Shown here piece by piece: positions 18,892 through 29,644 of a stretch of 54,021 bases of DNA. Every line of letters begins with the position of its first letter. The first letter of the stretch is position 1. Source of the stretch: Ferruginibacter sp. (GTDB lineage: Bacteria; Bacteroidota; Bacteroidia; Chitinophagales; Chitinophagaceae). A program made the position numbers and the translations under genes. The notes beneath the pieces are model-generated. The model was not told where the DNA came from and did not search any database. It was given only the letters and a program-made list of their open reading frames with translations. The stretch covers positions 1 through 54,021 of the forward strand of contig JAYSWO010000411.1 of assembly GCA_043717975.1 (NCBI GenBank), written 5' to 3'.

Positions 18892-19899
18892 ATGATGAAA
18901 AAAATTGTACTTGTTGGCTTATTATTTATTGCGCTTAGTAATCAATACCTTTTTGCACAAACTACTGCTGAGCTGCAAGCAACGGCGAAAACCTTTATGC
19001 GCCAAGGCGATTATGCAAATGCTGTATTAATTTTAAATAGATGTTTAGAAAAAGAACCTAACAATACAAGTATAGGAAAGGACTTAGCGCTCAGCTATTT
19101 TTATGTACAAAACAATGAAAAGGCCTTAGAGATTATAAAACCTGTACTAGACAGTAAGGATGCAGACGACCAATGTTTTTTAATAACAGGTAATATTTAT
19201 AAGCAACTAAATAAACCAAAAGAAAGCGAAAAAATATTTAAGAAAGGCATAAAATCATTTCCTGAAAGTGGCTCATTACACAATGAACTGGGCGAAGTAC
19301 AAATTACTTTAAACAACAATAAAGATGCTATAAAAAGTTGGGAAAAGGGTATAGAATTAGACCCCTCATACAGTAAAAATTATTATAATGCGACCAGATT
19401 TTATTTTGCAAGCAATAATAATGTATGGTGTGTTTTGTATGGCGAAATTTTTGTAAATATGGAACCTAATAACCCAAAAGCCATACAATTAAAAAAAGTG
19501 ATTATAGAAAGTTATAAAAGATTGTTTACAGATATAACCGTAGCAAAAAATTATAAAAGCAATAAAGCATTTGCAAAGTTATATGTAGAAGCTTTAGAAA
19601 AACAAGGCATACAAGCAAACCAAGGTATAAATGTAGAATCACTCTCTATGATACGCTCTCGTTTTATTATAGATTGGTTTGCCAGTGGCAACAAGCCTGC
19701 GTTTAAACTTTTTGAGTACCAACAGCAATTATTAAAAGAAGGCTTATTTGAGCCTTATAACCAATGGCTTTTTGCAGCGGCAGACAATGAAGTGGCCTAT
19801 CAAAATTGGATAAAAAACCATAGTAAAGAAAATACCGAATTCTCAAAATTTCAAAAAAGCAGAATTTTTAAAATACCATCCGGGCAGTATTATCAGTAA
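18892..19899 (+). CDS. Exported tetratricopeptide repeat protein
   Basis: Signal peptide; TPR-like helices (GNIYKQL, HNELGE, WEKGIELDPSY). Confidence 0.85.
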   Translation: MMKKIVLVGLLFIALSNQYLFAQTTAELQATAKTFMRQGDYANAVLILNRCLEKEPNNTSIGKDLALSYFYVQNNEKALEIIKPVLDSKDADDQCFLITGNIYKQLNKPKESEKIFKKGIKSFPESGSLHNELGEVQITLNNNKDAIKSWEKGIELDPSYSKNYYNATRFYFASNNNVWCVLYGEIFVNMEPNNPKAIQLKKVIIESYKRLFTDITVAKNYKSNKAFAKLYVEALEKQGIQANQGINVESLSMIRSRFIIDWFASGNKPAFKLFEYQQQLLKEGLFEPYNQWLFAAADNEVAYQNWIKNHSKENTEFSKFQKSRIFKIPSGQYYQ

Positions 19900-19930
19900 A
19901 AAATACTCTTTAAAATGATTTTTTTTAAAC

Positions 19931-19958
19931 GCCATTCTTGCAGAGTGGCTTTTTTTTT
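19931..19958 (+). terminator. Intrinsic terminator
   Basis: GCCATTC-N5-GAGTGGC followed by T9. Confidence 0.75.
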
Positions 19959-20051
19959 ATAACTTAGATTAACGGTTGAAAAAATTGCAATTTATTCTGT
20001 AGAAATAATAGTAGAATTCAGTTTCTTTCTTCTTCAAAACCCCTTACAATA

Positions 20052-21839
20052 ATGAACGATCAATCAAGACTATTCGACTTTTTATTTTACCAGCAGGAAA
20101 AATTTCCAAAAGCAGATTTACTTACTGCTAAAATTAATGGCACATGGACGCCCCTAAGCACAAGCGAAGTAATAACGCTAGTAAACAAGCTAAGTGCTGG
20201 GTTACTAAAACTTGGTATTGGTGGCACTGTTACATCGGTGGAGCAGCAAGATAAAGTTGCTCTCATATCAAAAAACAGACCAGAATGGCTTATATTAGAT
20301 ATGGCTTGCCAGCAAATTGGCGCCATACTTTGTCCAATATACCCTACCACTACCGTAAATGAATTACAATATATTTTTAATGATGCTACGATAAAAATAG
20401 CTTTTGTTAGTGGCGAGGAAATTTCAGAAAAAGTAAAATCAATAAAAGACAATGTAGCCACTTTGCAAAGCGTATATACTTTTGATGAAGAAATAGATTT
20501 GACCTTTTGGAAAACGATTATGGCTGATATTTCTGATGAGGACTTAGCTAACATGGAAAAATTAAAGAAAAGTATTAAAGCTGAATATTGCGCTACCATC
20601 ATTTATACATCTGGTACTACGGGGTTTCCAAAAGGTGTAATGTTAAGCCATAAAAATATTGTCACCAATATTTTGAACGGTGTAAGGAGTTTTCCTTTTG
20701 AAGACGATATCAATGGGCGCTCATTAAGCTTTTTACCCCTCAATCATATTTTTGAAAGAATCGTTTGTTACATTTTTATATATACTGCCCACTCTATTTA
20801 CTTTGCAGAAAGTATGGAAAGTATTGGCGAAAATTTAAAAGAAATAAAGCCTACTATTTTTTGCACCGTACCAAGGCTATTGGAAAAAGTGTATGAAAAA
20901 ATAATGGCAAAAGGCGCAGAATTAAGTGGCGTAAAAAAGCAATTGTTTTATTGGGCAGTAGAATTAGCCAATAAATACGATAACCGCAAAAGCGGCGGGC
21001 TATGGTATAATCTACAACTAGCCCTTGCCAATAAATTAATTTTTAGCAAATGGAGAGAAGGGTTGGGCAATAATATTAGAGGCATCATTACTGGCGGGGC
21101 AGCTTGCCAAGTAAGGCTTATACGAATATTTACTGCTGCAAAAGTGCCTATTTACGAAGGTTATGGCCCTACAGAAAACAGTCCGGTAATAACAGTAAAT
21201 AGAAAAGAAAAAGGGGGATTGAAATTTGGTACGGTAGGTCCAGTAATAGAAGGGCAAGAAGTGAAGATAATGGAAGATGGTGAAATATGTGTGAAGGGAC
21301 CGAGTGTGATGTTGGGTTATTATAAACAACCACAGTTAACCGCTGAAACAATTATTGATGGATGGCTACATACAGGAGATATTGGTGTGTTTGAAGATGG
21401 GAAGTTTTTAAGAATTACAGATAGAAAAAAAGAGTTATTTAAAACCAGTGGCGGAAAATATGTAGCGCCGCAGCCTATAGAAAATAAAATGAAGGAATCT
21501 CCATTTGTAGAGCAGATAATGATTATAGGTGCTGAAGAAAAATTTGTAAGTGCATTAATTGTACCTTCTATGCCCAACGTAAAAGAATGGATGCGTAGCC
21601 AAGGCATTCCATTTACAACAAACGAAGATGCAGTGCACAATCCTAAAGTAAGAGGCTTGTATAAAGAATTGATAGAATCTTTCAACAAATTTTTTAACCA
21701 CGTAGAGCAAGTGAAGAAGTTTGAATTGTTGCCTGATGAATGGACAATAGAAAGCGGGGAACTAACACCTACATTAAAATTAAAGAGAAAAGTAATTTCC
21801 GAAAAATATAAAAATGCTATACAACGTATTTATGAGTAA
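20052..21839 (+). CDS. fadD: Long-chain fatty acid--CoA ligase (AMP-binding)
   Basis: IIYTSGTTGFPKGV, EGYGPTE, GWLHTGDIG, TDRKK..FKTSGGKYVAP, ELTPTLKLKR. Confidence 0.93.
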   Translation: MNDQSRLFDFLFYQQEKFPKADLLTAKINGTWTPLSTSEVITLVNKLSAGLLKLGIGGTVTSVEQQDKVALISKNRPEWLILDMACQQIGAILCPIYPTTTVNELQYIFNDATIKIAFVSGEEISEKVKSIKDNVATLQSVYTFDEEIDLTFWKTIMADISDEDLANMEKLKKSIKAEYCATIIYTSGTTGFPKGVMLSHKNIVTNILNGVRSFPFEDDINGRSLSFLPLNHIFERIVCYIFIYTAHSIYFAESMESIGENLKEIKPTIFCTVPRLLEKVYEKIMAKGAELSGVKKQLFYWAVELANKYDNRKSGGLWYNLQLALANKLIFSKWREGLGNNIRGIITGGAACQVRLIRIFTAAKVPIYEGYGPTENSPVITVNRKEKGGLKFGTVGPVIEGQEVKIMEDGEICVKGPSVMLGYYKQPQLTAETIIDGWLHTGDIGVFEDGKFLRITDRKKELFKTSGGKYVAPQPIENKMKESPFVEQIMIIGAEEKFVSALIVPSMPNVKEWMRSQGIPFTTNEDAVHNPKVRGLYKELIESFNKFFNHVEQVKKFELLPDEWTIESGELTPTLKLKRKVISEKYKNAIQRIYE

Positions 21840-21841
21840 TT

Positions 21842-22216
21842 TTAGCAATATGTTTCTATAATGGAAGGGATCATTTCAAACTCCTTAGACTTATCTATAA
21901 AATGATGCGCACCTAAGCCTAAACAAAGCTCTCTATAATATTGAGAGGCTTTGTTGGTTACCATTATTATTTTTATTTGGGGGTAATTACTAAGAATTTG
22001 TTCTAGCAATTCTATACCACTTCTATCAGGTAAGTGAATATCCAATAATATCATATTGGGATTATGCTCCTGCACATTTTTTAATGCAGCTGAGCAGTCG
22101 TGGGAAATGAATACCTCTGATACACAATCGATTTCTCTGATCATTTCAGATATTCGTTTGGTTATCAGTACAGCATCATCTACTAAAAGTACCTTTATTT
22201 TTTTATCGTTGCTCAG
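21842..22216 (-). CDS. Stand-alone response regulator receiver protein, probable CTG start
   Basis: The frame extends upstream of ATG 22144 through KIKVLLVDD (needed acidic pocket) to a TAA at 22225-22223; LDIHLPD and FIDKS motifs. Confidence 0.85.
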   Translation of the reverse strand: MSNDKKIKVLLVDDAVLITKRISEMIREIDCVSEVFISHDCSAALKNVQEHNPNMILLDIHLPDRSGIELLEQILSNYPQIKIIMVTNKASQYYRELCLGLGAHHFIDKSKEFEMIPSIIETYC

Positions 22217-22313
22217 TCTAGTTTAGTTTAAATTCAAAAATAGATAAATAGAAGCAACTTTCAGTGTAGTATTTTATACAGTTTGGAATAGTAAAACTTC
22301 TACAGTAAATATA

Positions 22314-22943
22314 CTACATTAACTTGTTTTCAATAGCATAAAGTGTAAGTTCTGCATTATTTTTTAAATTCATCTTCGTAATTATACGTGCTCTGTAGGT
22401 GCTTACTGTAGTAACGCTTAAAAATAAGTTTTCAGCAATTTCAGATACAGATTTGCCAGAAGCAAGCATTTTTAGCACATCAAATTCTCTATCAGACAGC
22501 GTTTCGTGAGGAAGCTTTGTTTGGTCTTGATCAAAAATAGACGTTAGTTTTTCGGCAATGGAGGGAGTAATGTATTTTTTGCCAAGCATTACTTTTTGTA
22601 CAGCATTTACTAGTTCATCGGGCGCCATGTCTTTACTAAGATAACCAGAAGCTCCTGCTTTCAAAACCCTAAGTGCATATTGCTCTTCAGGATGAATACT
22701 TAAAATTAAAACAGGAAGATTTGGTTTCATAGGCTTTATTTGCTGTAAAGCATCTAAACCACTACGCCCAGGCATACTGAGATCGCTTATTACAACGTCC
22801 CAATCAGCTTTCATTACTTGTTTTATTAAATCTTCGGCATCACCCACCTCTTCTATATGTGCGCCTGGAAACCCTTCTAACAAAATCATTTTAAGACCTC
22901 GTCTTACTACAATGTGATCATCTGCTACTAAAATTCTTATCAT
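22314..22943 (-). CDS. NarL/FixJ (UvrY-like) response regulator
   Basis: ADDH, SDLSMPG, GYLSK; LuxR HTH LSDREFDV..GKSVSEIA..L.LSVTTVSTYR. Confidence 0.95.
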   Translation of the reverse strand: MIRILVADDHIVVRRGLKMILLEGFPGAHIEEVGDAEDLIKQVMKADWDVVISDLSMPGRSGLDALQQIKPMKPNLPVLILSIHPEEQYALRVLKAGASGYLSKDMAPDELVNAVQKVMLGKKYITPSIAEKLTSIFDQDQTKLPHETLSDREFDVLKMLASGKSVSEIAENLFLSVTTVSTYRARIITKMNLKNNAELTLYAIENKLM

Positions 22944-22971
22944 TTCGGTTTTTGTTATATGATAAACTTAA

Positions 22972-25900
22972 TTATGATAAAGGTACAGTAATAATTACAG
23001 ATGCACCCATACCATTTCCATTCTTTCCTATTATTTGATATGTACCGTTTATTAATCCTACTCTTTCTTTCATTCCTAATAACCCCAATGTTCTTTTTTG
23101 GGCTATTTCTTCCTCATTAAATCCAACCCCGTTATCAACGATGGTAAGGGTTAAAATATTGCCTTCTTTTTTAAAGGATGATAGTACTTCTGTACCTCGA
23201 GAATGCCGAGATACATTGGTAAGGCTTTCTTGAAAAATTCTAAAAATACCTGTAGCTATTTCATTGCTAACGGTAATATGCCCAACATTGGTTGTGAAAA
23301 TAGATTTTATTTCAGATCTTTTTTCAAACTCATCACTTTGCCATTCCATAGCAGATATTAATCCTAAGTCATCTAAAATACTTGGTCGTAATTCTGTGGC
23401 TATTCTTCTTACAGTAATTACAGTCTTATCTATAAGTTGTAAGGTTTCTTGAATTTTCTTTTGTACTGCTACATCATCTGATTGTACCCTTTTATTTATC
23501 CACGATATATCCATTTTTAAACCTGTGAGTTGTTGTCCAAGTTCATCATGTATTTCTCTTGCCATGTGGGTTCGTTCACTTTCTCTTACCGTTTCTAAAT
23601 TAGAGGCTAACTCTCTAAAAGCCTCTACTGACTTTTGTAATTTTTCTTCTGCCTCAACCTTTGCCGTAATATCATTTGCTAATGCTAGGGTTGCTTCTTT
23701 TCCTTCATAAACAATTCTATTAAAAATAATGTGCACTTTAATTATGGTGCCATCTTTTTTTTGGTGTTCCCAATTCATTTCATCATAGCGTTTATCATCT
23801 GTTCTTTTTTTCCACGCTTCATACTCAACATCATTTTTAGAATGAAGGTCAATAATTGGCATTTGTAAAAACTCCGATTTACTATACCCATAATAATTTA
23901 TTGCTGCATTGTTGGCATCTAAAAATTTGCCCTCACCCTCAGACAAAATCCACATGGGTAATGGATTTTCATTAAATAGTAATTTATATTTGTTCTCAGA
24001 TGTTATCAGAAGCTCTTCAGCTTCCTTCATCTCGGTTATATCTTGCATAGCACCAAGCATTCTGTAAGCTTTATTATTTTTATCATACAATATGTAGGCC
24101 CTATCATTAATTACTTTGTATTTGCCTTCAGATACTTTAAAACGAAATTCTTCCGTAAGTAAACTCTCTCTGTTTTTAAGGGCTTTTGTATAATTTATTT
24201 TTAATCTTTCTTTATCTTCTATATGTACTTTATCTAAAAATCTGTTGAATTTAAGTATGCTATTAGGCGGTGCACCAAATAAGGTACAAAAAATTTCATT
24301 GCCAGTAAGCTTATCTGTTTCTATGTCCCAATCCCATATGGCATCATTTGTTGCCTTTGCTACCAATTCGAATCTTTCTATAGAAATTTTTAGCGCTTCT
24401 TCCGATAACCTTACTTTTTCACTTGCTTCTTTCCTTTCAGTTATATCTATTAATGTTCCAATTACCAGTTCTTCACCATTCAGCGTAGCGGATGTTCCAA
24501 ATACTTCTCCATGAAAAAATGTGCCATCTTTTTTTATTCCTTTAAATTCATAATGCAATGAATTTATCTTTTTCTCTGCATATGCCTTTCTGTACTCAAT
24601 AATTTTTTCTTTATCATCCTTAGAAATTTCATTGAGTGTTTCTACATTTTCATAAATTTCTTCTATGCTGTAGCCAGATATTTCTGCAAAACGAGGATTG
24701 GCATAAATAATTTTATCCTCTTTTCTTATGTATACTCCCACCATTGATTCTTCCACCAAACTTCTAAACTTTACCTCCGCATTGGCAAGCTCTGTTTTCG
24801 TAAGCTCTGTACTAGTTACATTTTTTACCAATGAAAGAATAACGCCATTTTTGCCACCATCTTCTTGTACAAAAGAGTTATACCATTCACAATAAATTTC
24901 CTTACCACTTTTAGAAATGCATTTGTTGGAAATGATTGTTCCTTCATTCGTATCATTAGCCAGTAATTGTAATTTTTCGTAAAAAGAAATTCTATCTTCT
25001 TTTTTTATTAACTTTTCTACATTAATTTTTTGTGCTGAAACCTCCTCGGCAGTCCACTCAAATATTTCTTCCGCCTTTTTACTCCATTGTAAAATATTTA
25101 AATTGCTATCAAATTCTATAACAGCTAGGGGTGTGTTGTTTAAATGAAAATTTAAGCGGGCATGTGCCGTTTTTAGACCTATTTCAGCTTTTTTCTTACT
25201 AGTAATATCATAGTAATAAATAGAAATTCCATCTTCACCAGGATAAATTAAATCTTCAAACCATATATCTTCTTTGGCATAATAAAATTCGCTGCGTTGC
25301 TCCTGCTGGGTATTTTTTGCCTCATATAAAGCCCTGTAAAATGGACTGTCTATAAGATCTGGGTGCATTTTCCATATATTTTTACCCAACAATGAACCTA
25401 CATTTCTACCATGTAATCTTTCTGCTGTTTTATTTAGAAAAGTGTAGTTCCAATTATTATCTAAAGCAAAAAAAGCATCTGGCACTCTATCAAAAAAAGT
25501 ATTTAGTTCATTTGATTTTTGATTTACTTCTAGTTGTAATTTTTGAGTAAGTAGTTTTAGTTCTTCTTGCAGTTTTATTTTATCGGTAATATTATGCGAA
25601 ACACCTATTGCTCCAATAAATTCATTTTTGCTATTTGTAATAGCGGAAGTGCTAACAAGTACATTTATTGGAGAGCCATTTTTATGATAATGCAACATCT
25701 CCCCTTTCCATATTTTTCGCTCTTTTGCTATAGAAAAAAACGTTTCTTTATCCTTATCGCTAAGTGTAATAAAATCCCTCACATTTTTTCCTACAACCTC
25801 ATTTTCTTTATAACCATATAAAGACTCAGCATACTTATTCCAGTTGGTTACATTATAATTTGCATCTGTAGTTACTATGGCGTCTGATATATTACCCAGT

Positions 25901-26574
25901 AATGTAGTATTATATAAAAGTTGCTTATTTAGTTTATACGCATTTTGTATATCTTTCTTAATGAGAAAATATGCTATTAATAAAGTTGCGAAAAAGAGAA
26001 AAGCCAAGGCAAAATACAATCTTGAAAATGTTTTGGTATAAGATTCCCTTGCTTCGTTAGAAGTTTGTAAATAAGCACGCTCGTTTTGTTTAATTTTTTT
26101 TATTATGGCATAGGTATTTTCTAAAAGTGTTCTATTGGTATCCTCTTTCATTTGCAATAATGCTGGATTTATCTTAGCAAGAGCATTCGTTTTCATTAAG
26201 TTATTTGCATACTCTTTTTTTGCTTTAAATAAACTTTTTAAATTGTCTATGTCTGCCTTTTTTGATGCATCTTTAAATGATACTTTAGCCATTGCATCTA
26301 ATTCATCATCGATTTTCTCCATGGCTTCATCATACGATTTTTTTAAAGGTGCATTACTGTAGAGCAAATATTTTCTTTTATCTGCTTCTGCCGCCTGAAT
26401 TTTTGTCGAAATGTTTTCTATTCTATTTAATACATCTATGGCTGTATCTGTTTTGATAGATTCTTTTTCTGAATTATGAACATAAAAATACATTACGCCC
26501 AATACTATTAAAATAAATAAAACGCATATTCCAAATGCAATTTGTATTTTAAATTTTAAATTATTTTTTTTCAT
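22972..26574 (-). CDS. Sensor histidine kinase: TM-CHASE3-like-TM, about six PAS domains, HisKA_3/HATPase
   Basis: AREIHDELGQ, FRIFQESLTNV.RH, DNGVGF, GLLGMKER; PAS starts ISDAIV, VPDAFF, TPLAVI, SMVGVY, TNDAIWDWD, NPLPMW. Confidence 0.93.
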   Translation of the reverse strand: MKKNNLKFKIQIAFGICVLFILIVLGVMYFYVHNSEKESIKTDTAIDVLNRIENISTKIQAAEADKRKYLLYSNAPLKKSYDEAMEKIDDELDAMAKVSFKDASKKADIDNLKSLFKAKKEYANNLMKTNALAKINPALLQMKEDTNRTLLENTYAIIKKIKQNERAYLQTSNEARESYTKTFSRLYFALAFLFFATLLIAYFLIKKDIQNAYKLNKQLLYNTTLLGNISDAIVTTDANYNVTNWNKYAESLYGYKENEVVGKNVRDFITLSDKDKETFFSIAKERKIWKGEMLHYHKNGSPINVLVSTSAITNSKNEFIGAIGVSHNITDKIKLQEELKLLTQKLQLEVNQKSNELNTFFDRVPDAFFALDNNWNYTFLNKTAERLHGRNVGSLLGKNIWKMHPDLIDSPFYRALYEAKNTQQEQRSEFYYAKEDIWFEDLIYPGEDGISIYYYDITSKKKAEIGLKTAHARLNFHLNNTPLAVIEFDSNLNILQWSKKAEEIFEWTAEEVSAQKINVEKLIKKEDRISFYEKLQLLANDTNEGTIISNKCISKSGKEIYCEWYNSFVQEDGGKNGVILSLVKNVTSTELTKTELANAEVKFRSLVEESMVGVYIRKEDKIIYANPRFAEISGYSIEEIYENVETLNEISKDDKEKIIEYRKAYAEKKINSLHYEFKGIKKDGTFFHGEVFGTSATLNGEELVIGTLIDITERKEASEKVRLSEEALKISIERFELVAKATNDAIWDWDIETDKLTGNEIFCTLFGAPPNSILKFNRFLDKVHIEDKERLKINYTKALKNRESLLTEEFRFKVSEGKYKVINDRAYILYDKNNKAYRMLGAMQDITEMKEAEELLITSENKYKLLFNENPLPMWILSEGEGKFLDANNAAINYYGYSKSEFLQMPIIDLHSKNDVEYEAWKKRTDDKRYDEMNWEHQKKDGTIIKVHIIFNRIVYEGKEATLALANDITAKVEAEEKLQKSVEAFRELASNLETVRESERTHMAREIHDELGQQLTGLKMDISWINKRVQSDDVAVQKKIQETLQLIDKTVITVRRIATELRPSILDDLGLISAMEWQSDEFEKRSEIKSIFTTNVGHITVSNEIATGIFRIFQESLTNVSRHSRGTEVLSSFKKEGNILTLTIVDNGVGFNEEEIAQKRTLGLLGMKERVGLINGTYQIIGKNGNGMGASVIITVPLS

Positions 26575-27038
26575 GCACTGCAAATGATTTTAGAATATTT
26601 TCTTATTCGGAAATAATTTTATATGTTATTCTTTTAATGATTTTCAATAATATTACAAGTATAAGAATTTGACATAAGATAGCAATTATAATTAATACAT
26701 CTGTAAATAAGAATTTAATTTGCCATAGATTTGTTTGAATACTAAAAGATGTAAGATTTTTATACCGAATTTTGTTTTCTTTAAAGTTTTAAATGATTAT
26801 TATCAATTTTTATATAACTTTAACTCGTTCTTTAACAACAAAAAAGTAAAGTTGGCTTTGTAACCAATAAGTAAAATATTAAAATTGTTATCATACATAA
26901 TAAATATTTGCCATATTTGTAGGGTAAAGACTTAAAAATAATTCTTTTAGATTAATTAAAGCTACTAAAAAACATATATTTTTGTATTTAGGTTTATTGA
27001 CACAGAAAATCAATTAGTAACAAACCAAACAACCGCAC

Positions 27039-27668
27039 ATGCTTAAATTTTTGCTTATCGACGACCACGTAGTTGTAAGGTCGGGCATTAAACTTTTACT
27101 TGCTAATATTTATAAAGATTCTGACATACACGAAGCCAAAGATGGTGACAGTGCTACTGCTTTTGTAAAAGAAAATCATTACGATTTTGTAATGTTAGAT
27201 GTACAAATGCCCAATACGGATTCTTTTGCACTAATGGAATTTTTTAAAGAAAATTATCCTCTGCTTAAAGTGTTGGTTTTTTCTATGAATGCCGAGAGTA
27301 TATATGCCCTTCGTTTTATAAAAGCTGGTGCTATGGGCTTTATAAGCAAAGAAGCACCATTAGATGAAATTAAAAAAGCAATAGACCAAGTAATAAACGG
27401 AAAAAAATACATTAGTGAAGAGATGCTTTTTGTATTGGCTGAAGGCACTTCTGGTGGAGCAAATTCCAATCCATTTAGCATCCTTTCATCTCGTGAGTTT
27501 GAAATTGTTTCAATGCTGCTTAATGGCAAAACGATTAGCCTTATTGCTGCAGACTTAAACCTTGGTATATCTACTGTTGGTACACATAAAGGTAGAATAT
27601 TTACCAAACTCAAAGTAACAAACTTATTAGAATTAAAAGAGTTAGCAAATTCTTTTAACTTGAAATAA
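27039..27668 (+). CDS. NarL/FixJ family response regulator, divergent from the kinase
   Basis: IDDH, LDVQMP, GFISK; LuxR HTH LSSREFE..STVGTHK. Confidence 0.93.
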   Translation: MLKFLLIDDHVVVRSGIKLLLANIYKDSDIHEAKDGDSATAFVKENHYDFVMLDVQMPNTDSFALMEFFKENYPLLKVLVFSMNAESIYALRFIKAGAMGFISKEAPLDEIKKAIDQVINGKKYISEEMLFVLAEGTSGGANSNPFSILSSREFEIVSMLLNGKTISLIAADLNLGISTVGTHKGRIFTKLKVTNLLELKELANSFNLK

Positions 27669-27685
27669 ATTATATTGATTTTTGT

Positions 27686-27718
27686 AAAAGCCAATTGTGA
27701 AATACAGTTGGCTTTTTT
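27686..27718. terminator. Bidirectional intrinsic terminator
   Basis: AAAAGCCAATTGT-N5-ACAGTTGGCTTTTTT between convergent genes. Confidence 0.8.
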
Positions 27719-27770
27719 AATGTTATGAAGAATGGTTGTATAAATAACCAATAAGTATTTCACCCGTTTG

Positions 27771-29609
27771 CTATCTTCCAAACATTCTATCCATTTCATC
27801 TTTCTTAAAACTCATATACGTAGGTTTGCCCGTAGGTGTAGCGTTGGGTATTTGGCAAGCAAACAATTCTTCGGTCAGTTTTTTCATTTCTTTTTCAGAT
27901 AATACGGTGCCTGCCTTTATAGATTGCTGAAGCGATAAGGATCGCAATAATTTTTCTCTTTTAGAAAATTTAAGATCCGTACTAAAATGTTTGTATTGCT
28001 CTATTAATTTTTCTATAGCATTTGATTCGCTGGCTTGGTCTACATCAGCTGGTGTACCCTGCATAATAAAAGTATTGTTGCCAAAGGGTTCTAGCTTGTA
28101 TCCTAACAATTCCAAATCTGGCAAAAGCTCTGTAAGCATTACCGTATCTGCAGGTGCTAACGCTATTGTAGTTGGAAAAAGACTTTGCTGTGTAGCAATA
28201 GCTTTGCCCGAAATAGCTTCAGCAAAACGCTCATACAAAATTCTTTCGTGTGCATTTTGTTGGTTAATGAGTAAATAACCTTTATCATTTTGTACAACAA
28301 TGTAAGCGTGGTGTATTTGCATTAAAGCACTATGCTCCTGAGGCTTTTCATTATTAGAAAAAGTTTTTTCAAACACTGGTGTTTGTATGGGAGCATTAGA
28401 AAAATTATTTTCTGTGTGTTGCGTTGGCTTTTCGTAAAAATCTTTCCAGTGTGCCAATTCACTTTTCTTTTCTACAAAATGCGCTTGGTTTTTTTGTGTA
28501 AATGTTTGAAACAATTGCGACGAAGATGCTGAAGATCGATGTTGTTCCGTGATCGGTTTATTTACTGCATCTAAATTTTGAATGTTTGCATCCAGTTCAA
28601 AATCTAATGTTGGCGTAATGCTAAACTGAGCGAGGGCATGCTTTACGGCACTTTGCACAAATGCATACACTATTTTTTCATCCTCAAATTTTATTTCTTG
28701 CTTAGTAGGATGTACGTTTATATCCAATTGAGCAGGGTCTAAATCTATAAACAATGCATACATCGGAAAACTATCTTTCGGTATCACATCAGCAAAAGCA
28801 CTCATTACTGCATGGTTGAGGTATGCACTTTTTATAAAACGATTGTTTACAAAAAAATACTGGTCGCCTCTTGTTTTCTTAGCTGTTTCGGGCTTACCTA
28901 CAAAACCAAGTACATCTAAATAATCTGTACGTTCTTGCACACTCACCAGTTTTGCACTGTAGTTACTACCTAGTATTTGTACAATGCGTTGTTTAAGTGT
29001 TCCTTTTTCTAAATGAAAAACTTCTTGTCCATTAGAGTTAAGCGAAAAAAATATTTCAGGGAAAGCCATAGCTACTCTAATAAATTCATCTACCACATGC
29101 CGCAACTCCGAAGGGTTGCTTTTCAAAAAATTTCTACGAGCAGGCACATTAAAAAATAAATTCTTCATGGCTATGCTCGTGCCTGTAGGTGAGGCAACTG
29201 GTTCTTGCTTTTTTACAACACTATTTTCTATTTCTATATAAATGCCAGTTTCGTCTTCGTCTCTTTTTGTTTTTAATTCTACCTGTGCTACAGCAGCAAT
29301 ACTTGCTAGTGCCTCCCCACGAAAGCCCATTGTTTTTATACGAAACAAATCATCAATACTCTGAATTTTAGAAGTTGCATGCCTTTCAAAAGCCATACGA
29401 GCATCTGTTTCACTCATGCCTTTGCCATTATCAATAACTTGTATCAATGCCTTACCCGCATCATTTACAATCAGCTTTATTTCTGTAGCACCTGCGTCCA
29501 CTGCATTTTCCAACAACTCTTTAACCGCACTAGCGGGGCGCTGTATTACTTCACCTGCTGCTATTTGGTTGGCAATGTTATCGGGTAATAATTGAATAAT
29601 ATCCTGCAA
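27771..29609 (-). CDS. mutL: DNA mismatch repair protein MutL
   Basis: IAAGEVIQRPASAVKEL.EN, RHATSKI, GFRGEALAS, DINVHPTKQEIKF; TTG start. Confidence 0.97.
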   Translation of the reverse strand: MQDIIQLLPDNIANQIAAGEVIQRPASAVKELLENAVDAGATEIKLIVNDAGKALIQVIDNGKGMSETDARMAFERHATSKIQSIDDLFRIKTMGFRGEALASIAAVAQVELKTKRDEDETGIYIEIENSVVKKQEPVASPTGTSIAMKNLFFNVPARRNFLKSNPSELRHVVDEFIRVAMAFPEIFFSLNSNGQEVFHLEKGTLKQRIVQILGSNYSAKLVSVQERTDYLDVLGFVGKPETAKKTRGDQYFFVNNRFIKSAYLNHAVMSAFADVIPKDSFPMYALFIDLDPAQLDINVHPTKQEIKFEDEKIVYAFVQSAVKHALAQFSITPTLDFELDANIQNLDAVNKPITEQHRSSASSSQLFQTFTQKNQAHFVEKKSELAHWKDFYEKPTQHTENNFSNAPIQTPVFEKTFSNNEKPQEHSALMQIHHAYIVVQNDKGYLLINQQNAHERILYERFAEAISGKAIATQQSLFPTTIALAPADTVMLTELLPDLELLGYKLEPFGNNTFIMQGTPADVDQASESNAIEKLIEQYKHFSTDLKFSKREKLLRSLSLQQSIKAGTVLSEKEMKKLTEELFACQIPNATPTGKPTYMSFKKDEMDRMFGR

Positions 29610-29644
29610 AAAAGAAATGTTTAGAGTGCAAATTTAGTTGGTCA

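Noticed and set aside
26584-27038. Long AT-rich gap as a possible sRNA or origin
   Set aside because: No stable structure or DnaA-box cluster seen; explained as a divergent promoter region.
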